Made by a program: the position numbers and the translations under genes. Shown one piece after another: positions 31,496-41,697 of a stretch of 64,000 nt of DNA (positions are counted from its first letter, which is position 1; each line of letters opens with the position of its first letter). Where the stretch lies: positions 15,034 to 79,033 of the forward strand of contig PFJN01000016.1 in assembly GCA_002783105.1 (NCBI GenBank), written 5' to 3'. Source of the stretch: Candidatus Pacebacteria bacterium CG_4_10_14_3_um_filter_34_15. GTDB taxonomy: Bacteria; Patescibacteriota; Microgenomatia; UBA1400; PJMF01. The notes beneath the pieces are model-generated. The model worked only from the letters and a program-made list of their open reading frames with translations, was not told the origin of the DNA and ran no database searches.

Positions 31496-32278
31496 ATGAT
31501 ACTAGATATTTTTGCTACCAAAACAGGAATGACACAAGCTTGGACCAAAGCAGGCAAGCGCTTGGCTGTAACTCGCTGTAAAATTTTGGATATGCCCATA
31601 ATTGGTAAGCAAGATATTGAAGTATTAGATAAAAATTCACAAATTAGAGAAACTCTTACTTGCTCAATCTTAGAAGTAGGATTTGGTAAGAAAAAACTTA
31701 AAAACATGAGCAAACCACTCCGGACCAAAATGGAAAAGAGTGGTTTTTCTTTTGGGGTTAAAAACATTAGAGGAGTTAGAGCATCAAATGACAAAATGAA
31801 ACCATCAGTCGATGAGGAGTTTAAAATTGGCGATAGTATTAATATTAACCAAGTTTTAGAAGTTGGAGATGTTGTCAAAGTTCAAGGTATTAGTAAAGGA
31901 AGAGGTTTTGCTGGTGGAATAAAACGACATGGTTTCCACGGCGGTCCTAAAACTCATGGTCAATCTGACAGAGCACGTGCTGTTGGTTCTATTGGTTCGG
32001 GAACAACTCCGGGTAGAGTTTGGTTAGGCAAAAAAATGCCTGGTCATTATGGAGTAGAAGCAAAGTCAGTTTTAAATTTGGTAATTTTACATATTGATAA
32101 AGAGAATAATGAAGTTTGGATCAGTGGTCCGATCCCTGGTTCTATGATGTCAGATATTAGAATTTCAAAAGTTGGTAAAAAAAAGAAAATTGAGATTGAT
32201 TACAAAGCTTCAAATATTGAAATCAAAACAGTTGTTCCTGGAAAAGAAGAGGTTATTACAGAAGAGGTTATAGCATAA
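31496..32278 (+). CDS. rplC: 50S ribosomal protein L3
   Basis: K.GMTQ, SKGRGFAGGIKRH, KKMPGHYG. Confidence 0.98.
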   Translation: MILDIFATKTGMTQAWTKAGKRLAVTRCKILDMPIIGKQDIEVLDKNSQIRETLTCSILEVGFGKKKLKNMSKPLRTKMEKSGFSFGVKNIRGVRASNDKMKPSVDEEFKIGDSININQVLEVGDVVKVQGISKGRGFAGGIKRHGFHGGPKTHGQSDRARAVGSIGSGTTPGRVWLGKKMPGHYGVEAKSVLNLVILHIDKENNEVWISGPIPGSMMSDIRISKVGKKKKIEIDYKASNIEIKTVVPGKEEVITEEVIA

Positions 32279-32280
32279 TC

Positions 32281-32913
32281 ATGAAAATCAAAAGTATTAC
32301 GCCAACCAATAAACTTTCAACAATCACAGTTAGTGATGAAATTTTTGGTTCAAAAACTAATGATCAACTTTTAAGTCAAGCAATTAGAGTTTACCTTTCA
32401 AACAAAAGACAAGGTACAAGCAAAGTTAAAACCAGAGGTGAGGTTACTGGATCAAGAAGAAAAATTTGGAAACAAAAAGGAACAGGTAATGCTCGTCATG
32501 GTGCAAAATCAGCTCCAATTTTTGTAGGTGGCGGTGTCGCTCATGGTCCTACAGGGTTGGAAAACTGGACTTTAAAACTTTCGAAGCATATGAAGAAAAA
32601 AGCTTTAATAATAGCACTTAGTTTGCAATCAGAAAACATTTTTGTTACAGATAATTTAGCTGATTTTGATGGAAAAACAAAAACTGCTGCCAAACTTTTG
32701 AAGGACTTAAATATTTTTGGAAAAAGAGTTTTATTAGCTACTGATGGTAATAATGAATTGATTAGAAGAGCATTCGGCAACATTCAAAAAGTTAATGTTA
32801 TGGAGGGTTCATTAGTTAATGCCCTAGACGTTGCTTCATCTGATGCAATTATTTTTAGCAAAGATGCAGTGAAATCTTTAGAAAAAAGATTGATGAAGAA
32901 AGTTAAATCATGA
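32281..32913 (+). CDS. rplD: 50S ribosomal protein L4
   Basis: RQGT.KVKTRGEV.G..RK.WKQKGTGNARHG. Confidence 0.98.
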   Translation: MKIKSITPTNKLSTITVSDEIFGSKTNDQLLSQAIRVYLSNKRQGTSKVKTRGEVTGSRRKIWKQKGTGNARHGAKSAPIFVGGGVAHGPTGLENWTLKLSKHMKKKALIIALSLQSENIFVTDNLADFDGKTKTAAKLLKDLNIFGKRVLLATDGNNELIRRAFGNIQKVNVMEGSLVNALDVASSDAIIFSKDAVKSLEKRLMKKVKS

Positions 32914-33206
32914 ATCCTTATATAGTTGTTAAACCAGTTATAACTGAAAAGTCATTAAGACTTGCAAACACCGAAAATACATATGTGTTTGAAGTTCAAA
33001 TGACCTCAAATAAAAACCAAATCAAAGAAGCAATTGAAAAATTGTTTGAAGTCAAGGTTGAAAAAATTCGTACTATTGTCAATCAAAGAGAATTAAAGCG
33101 AACTGGTAAAAAGAGAATGACAGTTAAACTCGGAAAAACTAAGAAAGCTTTAGTTACTCTAATTTCAGGTCAATCTATAGATTTATTTGATACATCAGAA
33201 AAATAA
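32910..33206 (+). CDS. rplW: 50S ribosomal protein L23
   Basis: PVITEKS, KKALVTL. Confidence 0.97.
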   Translation: MNPYIVVKPVITEKSLRLANTENTYVFEVQMTSNKNQIKEAIEKLFEVKVEKIRTIVNQRELKRTGKKRMTVKLGKTKKALVTLISGQSIDLFDTSEK

Positions 33207-33212
33207 AATATA

Positions 33213-34046
33213 ATGTTAATAACACAAAAACCAACTAGCAGCGGAAGAAGACATCAAATAAATATTGATCGCTCCGAGTTACATAAGGGCAAACCAGAAA
33301 AGTCTTTATTGGAATCTGGTCATAAAAAGCGTCAAGGAAGAGGTTTTCTAGGTCATATTATAGTTAGACATAGAGGTGCTGGTGTTAAGAAAAAATTACG
33401 TATTATTGATTGGAAACGTAAAAATCGTGATATTGAAGGTACAGTGATTAGATTAGAATATGATCCAATGAGAAGTTCTCATTTAGCGCTTATCTACTAC
33501 AAAGATGGTAGTAAAGGCTATATTTTAGCTCCTCAAGGATTAGCTGCAGGAGATATAATTCTTGCAGGAGAAAAAGCAGAAGTGAAAGTTGGCAATGCTT
33601 TGCCATTAAAAAATATCCCAATTGGAATGTTTATTCATAATCTTGAAATTAGAGCTGGCAAAGGTGCTCAAATGGTTCGTGGAGCAGGCACGGCGGCTAT
33701 TATTCAGTCTAAAGAGGGAAAGTATGTAACTATTCAACTTCCATCTAAAGAGCTCAGATTGCTCAATGCAGAATGTTACGCTACAATTGGCCAAATCGGA
33801 AATCAAGATTGGAAGAACAGAAAGATTGGTAAAGCAGGTAGAAAACGCTTAATGGGTATTAGACCAACAGTTCGTGGTACAGCCCAACATCCAGATAGTC
33901 ATCCACATGGTGGTGGTGAAGGCAGATCAGGAGTTGGTATGAAGTATCCAAAAACACCATGGGGTAAGCATGCGCTTGGTAAAAAGACTAGAAAGAAAAA
34001 TCATAGAACTAATAAATGGATAATTAGAGATAGAAGAGTTAAATAG
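33213..34046 (+). CDS. rplB: 50S ribosomal protein L2
   Basis: EYDP.RS, RPTVRG, HPHGGGEGR. Confidence 0.99.
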   Translation: MLITQKPTSSGRRHQINIDRSELHKGKPEKSLLESGHKKRQGRGFLGHIIVRHRGAGVKKKLRIIDWKRKNRDIEGTVIRLEYDPMRSSHLALIYYKDGSKGYILAPQGLAAGDIILAGEKAEVKVGNALPLKNIPIGMFIHNLEIRAGKGAQMVRGAGTAAIIQSKEGKYVTIQLPSKELRLLNAECYATIGQIGNQDWKNRKIGKAGRKRLMGIRPTVRGTAQHPDSHPHGGGEGRSGVGMKYPKTPWGKHALGKKTRKKNHRTNKWIIRDRRVK

Positions 34047-34055
34047 GAAAAAATT

Positions 34056-34340
34056 ATGTCAAGATCAAGCAAAAAAGGACCATTCATTGACCCAAAACTT
34101 TTAAAGAAAGTCTTGGTTCAAAAGGCTTCTGGAGATAAAGCACCAATTAAAACCTGGAGTAGAGCTTGTGTTGTCTCGCCTGATTTTGTCGGTCACACTT
34201 TTTTGGTTCATCAGGGTAAAAATTTCGTTGAAGTTTTTGTTAACGAAAGTATGGTTGGACACAAGTTGGGAGAGTTTGCTCCAACCCGTACATTTAGAGG
34301 TCACGGTAAGATTGTTAAACGTACTTTAACCAAAACTTAA
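34056..34340 (+). CDS. rpsS: 30S ribosomal protein S19
   Basis: [23 protein letters not shown]. Confidence 0.99.
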   Translation: MSRSSKKGPFIDPKLLKKVLVQKASGDKAPIKTWSRACVVSPDFVGHTFLVHQGKNFVEVFVNESMVGHKLGEFAPTRTFRGHGKIVKRTLTKT

Positions 34341-34359
34341 GGTTTATAAAATAATTAAA

Positions 34360-34896
34360 ATGATAATTAAAGCAACACAAAAAAATACCAGACAAACAGC
34401 AAGAAAAGTTAGATTAGTAGCTAACCAAATTAAGAAGTTACCTTTAATGGACGCTATCAATCAATTGGCTGTTATTGAGAAGAAATCAACATTAGTTCTC
34501 TTGAAAGTAGTTAGACAAGCAATTGCCAATGCTATTCACAATCATGGATTTACTTTAGAAGATCTAACTATTAAAGCTATCACAGTTATTCCAGCGCCTC
34601 AACTCAAAAGGTTTAGAGCTGTCAGTAGAGGTCGAGCACACACAATAGTTAAAAGAACTTGTCATATTACTGTTGAGTTAGAAGCTGCAGAATCTAAAAA
34701 TACTGTACCAGCTTCTAAGAAAATTGTACCAGCTGTTAAAAAAGTAACAAAAACAAAAAAAACTGAGGTTGATACAAAAGTTTCAACCCCAACCAGAAAA
34801 ATGCCAACTGAAAAGGTAGTTAGAAAAATAATTGCAACTCAAAAGATCTTAACAAAGGCTAGTAATACAAAACAGAAAAAGGGACAAGCAAAATAA
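34360..34896 (+). CDS. rplV: 50S ribosomal protein L22 with Lys-rich C-terminal extension
   Basis: ARKVRLVA, RGRAH.I.KRTCHITV. Confidence 0.97.
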   Translation: MIIKATQKNTRQTARKVRLVANQIKKLPLMDAINQLAVIEKKSTLVLLKVVRQAIANAIHNHGFTLEDLTIKAITVIPAPQLKRFRAVSRGRAHTIVKRTCHITVELEAAESKNTVPASKKIVPAVKKVTKTKKTEVDTKVSTPTRKMPTEKVVRKIIATQKILTKASNTKQKKGQAK

Positions 34897-34980
34897 TTAT
34901 AGAAGTAGTATAATGCACAGTCTGGAATTAAGACTAAAATAATTAATCGATGATACCCTAAAGGGTATGAATATAAAAAT

Positions 34981-35631
34981 ATGGGACAAAAAGTACATCC
35001 AACTGGCTTCAGAATAGGCTCAACATTTAGTTGGAAGTCTCGTTGGTTTGCAGATCCTAAAGATTATTCAGATAGAGTAATTGAAGACTACAAAGTTAGA
35101 AAATTTTTAAATGATAAGCTGATCAGTGCTGGAGTGACAAATGTAGAAATCGAGAGATCTTTAAAAGCAATTAAAGTGGTATTATTTGTTTCTCGTCCTG
35201 GTGTTGTCATCGGTAAAGGTGGAACAAATCTCGAAGTAATTAAAAAGGAAATCGAGAGAATCTTAAACGTTTCAAAATTACAAAAAGATAAAGTTAAAAT
35301 TGATTTAAGAGTCGAAGAAGTTAGAAAACCAGATTTAAGTTCTAAATTAGTTGCAGAAAGAATTGTAGCTCAATTAATTAAACGATTCCCACACAGAAGA
35401 GCTGTCATGCAAGCATTGGAAAAAACTATGCAAGCTGGCGCAAAAGGAATAAAAATTCAACTTTCTGGAAGAATTAACGGAGCTGAAATTGGAAGAACTG
35501 AAAAATATTTTCAAGGGTCAGTTCCAACTCAGACAATCAGAGCTAATATTGATTATTTCCAAGTACCAGCTAGAACTCGTTCTGGGTATGTTGGAATAAA
35601 GGTATGGATTTATAAAGGTGAGGTAGTCTAA
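34981..35631 (+). CDS. rpsC: 30S ribosomal protein S3
   Basis: MGQKVHPTGFRIG, GIKVWIYKG. Confidence 0.99.
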   Translation: MGQKVHPTGFRIGSTFSWKSRWFADPKDYSDRVIEDYKVRKFLNDKLISAGVTNVEIERSLKAIKVVLFVSRPGVVIGKGGTNLEVIKKEIERILNVSKLQKDKVKIDLRVEEVRKPDLSSKLVAERIVAQLIKRFPHRRAVMQALEKTMQAGAKGIKIQLSGRINGAEIGRTEKYFQGSVPTQTIRANIDYFQVPARTRSGYVGIKVWIYKGEVV

Positions 35632-35634
35632 GAT

Positions 35635-36039
35635 ATGCTACAACCAAAAAAAGAAAAACACCGTAAACAATTTAGAGGAAAAATGAGAGGAACAGCTCAA
35701 CGTGGTACAGACGTTTCTTTTGGTGAATTCGGATTACAAGCAACCTCAAGAGGTTGGGTATCCGCTAGACAAATTGAGGCAGCTAGAAAAAAAATCACTT
35801 TTATGACTAAAAGAGATGGTAAGTACTGGGTTAGAGTTTTCCCACACAAGCCAATTACTAGTAAGCCAGTTGGAGTAAAAATGGGTTCTGGTAAAGGTGC
35901 AGTTAAGGAACACGTTGCAGTTGTGAGACCAGGATCAGTACTATTTGAATTAAGTGGTGTTTCAGAAGAAACAGCCCGTTTGGCTTTCGTCAAAGCTGGA
36001 CACAAGTTATCAGTAAAAACAGCATTTGTTAAAAAATAA
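35635..36039 (+). CDS. rplP: 50S ribosomal protein L16
   Basis: [20 protein letters not shown]. Confidence 0.99.
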   Translation: MLQPKKEKHRKQFRGKMRGTAQRGTDVSFGEFGLQATSRGWVSARQIEAARKKITFMTKRDGKYWVRVFPHKPITSKPVGVKMGSGKGAVKEHVAVVRPGSVLFELSGVSEETARLAFVKAGHKLSVKTAFVKK

Positions 36040-36058
36040 TTAAACCCTAAAGGGATAA

Positions 36059-36250
36059 ATGAGAACTAACGATATAAAAGCACTACATGATAAAACGATC
36101 GAAGAACTTAATCTTCAGCTCGAAGTATTGTTAGTCTTATTGGCAAAATCAAGATTGCAAAAAAGAGCAGGCAAGTTAAAAAATACCCACATCTGCTTGT
36201 TGGCAGATGATGTTGCTAGAGTTAAGAGTGTAATAGGAAATAAATCATGA
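36059..36250 (+). CDS. rpmC: 50S ribosomal protein L29
   Basis: Position between rplP and rpsQ; G.LKN...D.AR. Confidence 0.88.
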   Translation: MRTNDIKALHDKTIEELNLQLEVLLVLLAKSRLQKRAGKLKNTHICLLADDVARVKSVIGNKS

Positions 36251-36486
36251 AATCTATAAATGGCACTGTTGAATCATTGAAGTCTACCAAAACTGCAAAA
36301 GTCAGAGTTGTTAGATTGTGGCAACATCCTTTATACCTAAAGTCTGTTAAACGTACAAAATCATATGCTTGTCATTATGAGGGTATTGATTTTGAAGTTG
36401 GTGATGAAGTTGTTATTGAGGCTTCAAGACCAATTAGTAAAACAAAGAAGTTTAAAATAGTTTCAAAAATTGGAGGAGCCAAGTAA
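36247..36486 (+). CDS. rpsQ: 30S ribosomal protein S17
   Basis: HPLY.K, GD.V.I...RPISKTK. Confidence 0.97.
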   Translation: MKSINGTVESLKSTKTAKVRVVRLWQHPLYLKSVKRTKSYACHYEGIDFEVGDEVVIEASRPISKTKKFKIVSKIGGAK

Positions 36487-36860
36487 TGATCCAATTAAGA
36501 TCTATTCTACAAATTGCTGATAATTCAGGTGCAAAAAGAATCAGAGTTATTCAGGTTCATGGTGGATCAAGAAAAAGATTTGGGGTTGTTGGTGATATAG
36601 TTGCTGCTTCTGTAATAGTTTCAGACGCAACTGGATCAATTAAAAAAGGTGAGGTTGTTAAAGCAGTTATTGTTAGAACCAGAAAAGAAGTTAGAAGAAA
36701 TTCTGGAGAGTATGTAAGATTTGATGATAACGCAGCAGTTATTATTGAATCAAGAGCAAACCCAATTCCAGTTGGAACTCGTGTTTTTGGACCAATCGCA
36801 AGAGAAGTTAAGAACAGAGGTTTCAATAAGATAGCAAGTTTAGCACAAGAGGTTTTATAG
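36486..36860 (+). CDS. rplN: 50S ribosomal protein L14
   Basis: ADNSGAK, RFDDNAAV, GTRVFGP. Confidence 0.99.
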   Translation: MIQLRSILQIADNSGAKRIRVIQVHGGSRKRFGVVGDIVAASVIVSDATGSIKKGEVVKAVIVRTRKEVRRNSGEYVRFDDNAAVIIESRANPIPVGTRVFGPIAREVKNRGFNKIASLAQEVL

Positions 36861-36889
36861 GCTAATTATTGTACCCTGAAAGGGCAAAA

Positions 36890-37210
36890 GTGAAATTTAA
36901 ACTTAATGACAAAGTACTAATAACTGCAGGAAAAGATAAGGGAATATCTGGAGTTATTAAAAAGGTTTATCCAAAACTAAATAAAGTTTTGGTTGAAGGT
37001 GCAAACAAATATACCAAGCATATTAAACCAGTAAGTGGCAGAGCAGGAGATAAAATTAAGGTTGAGAGACCGCTCCACACTGCAAGTATCGCTATTCTTA
37101 ATGACAAGGGTGTAGCAGACAGAGTTGGATTTAAAGTTGCTAAAGATGGTACAAAATCAAGATTTTTTAAGAAAACAGGAAAAATCATAACAGAAAAAGG
37201 GCACAAATGA
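36890..37210 (+). CDS. rplX: 50S ribosomal protein L24 (GTG start)
   Basis: D.V.I.AGKDKG KOW motif, VEGAN. Confidence 0.96.
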   Translation: MKFKLNDKVLITAGKDKGISGVIKKVYPKLNKVLVEGANKYTKHIKPVSGRAGDKIKVERPLHTASIAILNDKGVADRVGFKVAKDGTKSRFFKKTGKIITEKGHK

Positions 37211-37758
37211 AATTAAAACAATTATACATTAGCAAAATTTTGCCAGAACTTAAAAAGGAGTTTAAGTTAACTAATGATTTTGAAGTTCCAAAATTAGAAA
37301 AAATTATTGTTAACATTGGTGTTGCAGATCCTCAAGATCCAAAGGCTAGAAAAGTGGCAATTGCTAATATCGTTGAGCAATTTGCTACCATCACAGGACA
37401 ACAGCCAGTTGTTACTTTGGCTCATAAATCCATTGCCAACTTTAAATTAAGAGTAGGCGATCCTTTGGGAGTTAAAGTAACACTGCGAGGAAAAAGAATG
37501 TGGGGATTTCTTGAGAAACTAATCTCAGTCGCATTACCTCGTGTTAAAGATTTCAGAGGAGTTTCAAAGACTGCTTTTGATCATGCAGGTAATTATAGTA
37601 TGGGAGTGGAAGAACAAATCATCTTTCCAGAAATTAATTACGATAAAATAGAACGTATAAGAAGTTTCCAAATAGTATTAGTAACTTCAGCTAAAACAGA
37701 CGAAAAGGCTTTCAGAATGTTAGAATTATTTGGAATGCCTTTCGAGAAAAAGGAATAA
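37207..37758 (+). CDS. rplE: 50S ribosomal protein L5
   Basis: VPKLEKI, ALPRVKDFRG, IFPEI. Confidence 0.98.
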   Translation: MKLKQLYISKILPELKKEFKLTNDFEVPKLEKIIVNIGVADPQDPKARKVAIANIVEQFATITGQQPVVTLAHKSIANFKLRVGDPLGVKVTLRGKRMWGFLEKLISVALPRVKDFRGVSKTAFDHAGNYSMGVEEQIIFPEINYDKIERIRSFQIVLVTSAKTDEKAFRMLELFGMPFEKKE

Positions 37759-37763
37759 TTTAA

Positions 37764-37994
37764 ATGGCTAAAAAATCAAAAGTTGCAAAATCAAAAAAAT
37801 TATTGGCACTAAGAGAATCCTTGAGAAAATCAGGAGTCAAAAAAGTCAATAAAGTTTTAACCAGAGGAGTAAACCGTTGTAAAATAACTGGTCGTCCTAG
37901 AGGTTATATGAGATTTTTTGGTTTAAGTAGATTAACATTTAGAGAGTTAGCTTCAAAAGGAGAATTACCTGGAGTAGTTAAATCAAGTAAGTAA
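37764..37994 (+). CDS. rpsN: 30S ribosomal protein S14
   Basis: NRC.ITGRPRG, FRELA..GELPGV.KSS. Confidence 0.97.
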   Translation: MAKKSKVAKSKKLLALRESLRKSGVKKVNKVLTRGVNRCKITGRPRGYMRFFGLSRLTFRELASKGELPGVVKSSK

Positions 37995-38001
37995 AAACAT
38001 T

Positions 38002-38394
38002 ATGACAACCGATCCAATATCAGATATCATCATCAGAATAAAGAACGCATATATGGCTCGCCATTCTAAAGTTGAAGTTCCTTATTCAAAAATGAAGAAG
38101 GCTGTCGCAGATATTCTTTTGAAAGAAGGATATGTTAGTGAGGTCGGTATGAAAGAAAGTAAGCCATTTAATTATTTGGTTATAACATTAAAATACATTG
38201 GAAAATTACCAGCAGTAAATGATGTTAAGAGATTATCTAAACCAGGAAGAAGATTATACGCACCAGTAAGCAAATTACCAAAAACTTTAGGTGGCTATGG
38301 AATTACTATTGTTTCTACAAGCAAAGGTGTCATGACTGACAAAGAAGCTCGTAAAGCAAATTTGGGAGGAGAACTTCTTTGCCAAGTTTGGTAA
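38002..38394 (+). CDS. rpsH: 30S ribosomal protein S8
   Basis: DPISD...RIKNA, SKPGRR, GGELLCQVW. Confidence 0.99.
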   Translation: MTTDPISDIIIRIKNAYMARHSKVEVPYSKMKKAVADILLKEGYVSEVGMKESKPFNYLVITLKYIGKLPAVNDVKRLSKPGRRLYAPVSKLPKTLGGYGITIVSTSKGVMTDKEARKANLGGELLCQVW

Positions 38395-38408
38395 AAGGTT
38401 AAATATAT

Positions 38409-38945
38409 ATGTCAAGAATTGGAAGAAAATCTATCACATTGCCGGCGGGAGTAACAGCTACCGTTACTAATAATATTGTTGAGGTAAGAGGTCCTAAAGG
38501 TCAACTTAAAGTTTTGTGCTTACCTAATATTACAGTTGTAGTTAAAGATGGCGAAATTCTTGTTGAAAGAAAAAGTGAAGATAAACAAACTCGTTCTTTT
38601 CATGGCCTAATTAGAAGTTTAATTCAAAATAATGTTTTGGGTGTTACAGAAAATTACAAAAAAACTTTAAAGTTAGTTGGAACAGGCTATAGAGCAAAAG
38701 CTCAGGGAGCAAACGTTTTTTTAGCAGTTGGGTATTCTCACCCAGTTGAAGTTAAAGCAGTTAATGGAGTATCTATTAAAGTTGAAGGAAATGACACTAT
38801 CATTATAGAAGGAATTGACAAACAAGCAGTTGGTCAATTAGCAGCAGACATCAGAAAGATCAGACCACCAGAGCCTTATAAGGGCAAAGGTATCAGATAT
38901 GAAAATGAAACTGTTATTAGAAAACAAGGAAAGGCAGCAGCATAA
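38409..38945 (+). CDS. rplF: 50S ribosomal protein L6
   Basis: MSRIGR, RPPEPYKGKGIRY. Confidence 0.99.
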   Translation: MSRIGRKSITLPAGVTATVTNNIVEVRGPKGQLKVLCLPNITVVVKDGEILVERKSEDKQTRSFHGLIRSLIQNNVLGVTENYKKTLKLVGTGYRAKAQGANVFLAVGYSHPVEVKAVNGVSIKVEGNDTIIIEGIDKQAVGQLAADIRKIRPPEPYKGKGIRYENETVIRKQGKAAA

Positions 38946-39316
38946 TGCCAAAAATTAGTCATTACACTACCAAATCAGATAGCAGAAAAATTAGAGTTCG
39001 TTCCAAAATCTTTGGTACTGCTGAAAGACCAAGATTGACAGTTTATCGTGCCAACAAGTATTCTTACATTCAAATAATTGATGATGTAAAAGAAGTAACA
39101 TTATTAACAATGAGTGACATGAAGATCAGAAAAGCAGTTAAGAAAACAGACAAACTTACCAAAACAGAGTCTGCTATCAAAGCCACAGAAGAATTGCTAG
39201 TCAAGATGAAAAAAGCAAAGATTACCGCTGTAGTTTTTGATAGAGGTCAATATAAATATCATGGTAGAGTCAAGGCAATCGCCGAAGCTTTAAGAAATGG
39301 TGGAATAAAGGTATAA
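38945..39316 (+). CDS. rplR: 50S ribosomal protein L18
   Basis: GTAERPRL, VFDRG.YKYHGRVKA. Confidence 0.98.
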   Translation: MPKISHYTTKSDSRKIRVRSKIFGTAERPRLTVYRANKYSYIQIIDDVKEVTLLTMSDMKIRKAVKKTDKLTKTESAIKATEELLVKMKKAKITAVVFDRGQYKYHGRVKAIAEALRNGGIKV

Positions 39317-39319
39317 AAC

Positions 39320-39889
39320 ATGAATCAACGACCAAGCACAAACAAACATTCTGGCAATAACGAACCAAAAGAATTCGAAGAGAAGGTTATTAGAATTTCT
39401 CGAGTTTCAAAAAAAACCAAAGGTGGAAACAATGTAGGTTTTTCCGTTCTAATGGTTGTTGGCGATAAAAAAGGAAGAGTTGGAGTGGGTTTGGGAAAAG
39501 CTAAAGACGTTATTGGTGCTATTAAAAAAGGCATTAAAAAAGCTAAAAAGAAAATGATTACAGTTCCTCTTGACGGTACTACTATTCCATTTCCAATCAC
39601 TGTTAAAAAAGGTGCCGGAATTGTTATGTTGAAGCCAGCTCCCAAAGGTTCTGGAGTTATTGCAGGTGGACCAGTTCGTGCAGTTGTAGAAGCAGCTGGA
39701 GTTAGAGATATCTCAAGTAAAATCCTTGGATCTGAGAACCAAGCTTCTAGTGTTTATGCAACTTTTGAAGCTTTAACTGAAATTCAAAAAATTGTTGAGT
39801 TAAAGGGAATCAAGTTAAAATCTATTGCTCAGGTTGAAGCAGAAGAAGCAGAGAAAATTAAAAAAATTCAAGAACAAGCAAAGAAATAA
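39320..39889 (+). CDS. rpsE: 30S ribosomal protein S5
   Basis: RVSK.TKGG, PAPKGSGVIAGG. Confidence 0.98.
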   Translation: MNQRPSTNKHSGNNEPKEFEEKVIRISRVSKKTKGGNNVGFSVLMVVGDKKGRVGVGLGKAKDVIGAIKKGIKKAKKKMITVPLDGTTIPFPITVKKGAGIVMLKPAPKGSGVIAGGPVRAVVEAAGVRDISSKILGSENQASSVYATFEALTEIQKIVELKGIKLKSIAQVEAEEAEKIKKIQEQAKK

Positions 39890-39893
39890 TATC

Positions 39894-40334
39894 ATGTCAT
39901 TACTTACAAACTTACTTAAAATTACAGAAACATCAAAAAAACGCGTCGGTCACGGTTATGGTTCTGGAAAAGGTGGTCACACATCTACTAGAGGTCAAAA
40001 AGGTCAAAAATCTAGAGGTGGTTCCAAGATTCCTGTATGGTTTGAAGGTGGTCAACTACCTTTAATCAAACGTTTGCCTATGTTAAGAGGTAAGGGTAGA
40101 TTAACAGTTGTCAGACCATCTGCAGAGATAAACTTAACTCAAATTCAAAGAATGAAAACTGATGTTATTACACTTGATGCTTTAAAGCTTGAAAAATTAA
40201 TTGATATTAAATTTAAAAAAGCAAAGATTATTGCAAGTGGTGAAATAACTAGAAAAGTAACCATAAAAGGTTTGAAAATTTCGGAAACTGCAAAAAAAGC
40301 TGTCGAGAAAGCTGGTGGAATCATCGAAGATTAA
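39894..40334 (+). CDS. rplO: 50S ribosomal protein L15
   Basis: RVG.G.GSGKG, GQKGQKSR, FEGGQ.P. Confidence 0.98.
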   Translation: MSLLTNLLKITETSKKRVGHGYGSGKGGHTSTRGQKGQKSRGGSKIPVWFEGGQLPLIKRLPMLRGKGRLTVVRPSAEINLTQIQRMKTDVITLDALKLEKLIDIKFKKAKIIASGEITRKVTIKGLKISETAKKAVEKAGGIIED

Positions 40335-40386
40335 GATAGCGAGTATTGAACAAACAGCAGGAAAGTTATACCCTAATCAGGTGCTT

Positions 40387-41667
40387 ATGAAGAAATTAAC
40401 TGATTTTTTAAAAAAGATTAATTCTACACCGGAGTTAAAAAAGAAACTCTTGTTTACGGCAGCTATACTTTTAGCATTTAGATTTTTCGCACACATTCCA
40501 CTTCCTTCTGTAGATTTACAACAACTAAGACAATTATTTGCTTCAAATCAATTTTTAAGTTTACTAAATGTTTTTTCAGGCGGGACACTTTCAAACTTTT
40601 CAGTTTTAGCGGTTGGAATTAACCCATACATTACTGCTTCGATTGTAATGCAACTTGGTGGAATGGTAGTTCCAAAAATTAAAGAAATGCAGAAAGACGG
40701 TGAAGCTGGTCGAGAAAAATTGAATCAATATACTAGATATTTATCAGTTCCATTAGCAGTTGGTCAGAGCATTTCTGTCTTAGCGCTTTTACGTTCTCAA
40801 AACTTGCTGGAGTCAACTTCTCCACTAGCATTTATTGCGATGATTTTGTCATTAGTAGCTGGTTCTTTAATTGTTACTTGGTTGGGGGAATTAGTTTCCC
40901 TTCACGGTATCGGTAATGGAATTTCCATGATTCTATTTGCAGGTATAGTAAGTCAACTTCCCAGCTCGTTTTCTCAGGTTTTGTTATCTGGCACAAATAG
41001 GCTTTTTGTTGGAGTTTCTTTCTTTACCGTCTTTTTTATGATTATCGGTTTGATTGTATTTATGAATGAAGCAGTTAGAAAGATCACAATTCAATATGCT
41101 ACTAGAACTAGAGGAAAGAAATCATACGGTGGCCAGACAACTCATTTACCTATTAAAGTAAACGTTGCTGGAGTGATGCCGATTATTTTTGCAGTTTCTA
41201 TAATGTTGGTTCCATCATTTGTAGCAAAATTAATGATTGCTTCCAGTAATCCCAAGATTATTGAAATCGGAAATATGCTTACAATTAATTTTCAACAGAC
41301 TTCTCCAGTCTATATGATTCTTTATTTTATCATTGTCTTTTTCTTTACTTTCTTTTCATCGATGATCTTTTTCAATGCAGAAGATATTTCAGATGAATTG
41401 AAAAAAAGCGGCGCATTTGTTCCAGGTATTAGGCCAGGAACTAACACTAAAAAGTTTTTGGAATATGTAGTTTCAAGAATTACCATTGCAGGCGCATTCT
41501 TTTTAGGTTTTATTGCAATTATGCCTTCATTAGCTCAAATTTTTACAGGTATAGGGCAACTATCAGTAAGTGGAACTAGCATCTTAATTGTTGTCTCAGT
41601 AGTATTAGAAACCTACAAACAAGTCGATAGTATGCTAGTTGAGCAAAACTACGATCGATTTATTTAG
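40387..41667 (+). CDS. secY: preprotein translocase SecY
   Basis: GINPYITASI, GIGNGIS, FVPGIRPG. Confidence 0.98.
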   Translation: MKKLTDFLKKINSTPELKKKLLFTAAILLAFRFFAHIPLPSVDLQQLRQLFASNQFLSLLNVFSGGTLSNFSVLAVGINPYITASIVMQLGGMVVPKIKEMQKDGEAGREKLNQYTRYLSVPLAVGQSISVLALLRSQNLLESTSPLAFIAMILSLVAGSLIVTWLGELVSLHGIGNGISMILFAGIVSQLPSSFSQVLLSGTNRLFVGVSFFTVFFMIIGLIVFMNEAVRKITIQYATRTRGKKSYGGQTTHLPIKVNVAGVMPIIFAVSIMLVPSFVAKLMIASSNPKIIEIGNMLTINFQQTSPVYMILYFIIVFFFTFFSSMIFFNAEDISDELKKSGAFVPGIRPGTNTKKFLEYVVSRITIAGAFFLGFIAIMPSLAQIFTGIGQLSVSGTSILIVVSVVLETYKQVDSMLVEQNYDRFI

Positions 41668-41697
41668 TAATAATAAATTTAAACCGAAAGGGAAAAA

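Noticed and set aside
39889-39894. Absence of rpmD (L30) as a novelty
   Set aside because: Known general feature of CPR bacteria; used only as a taxonomic clue.
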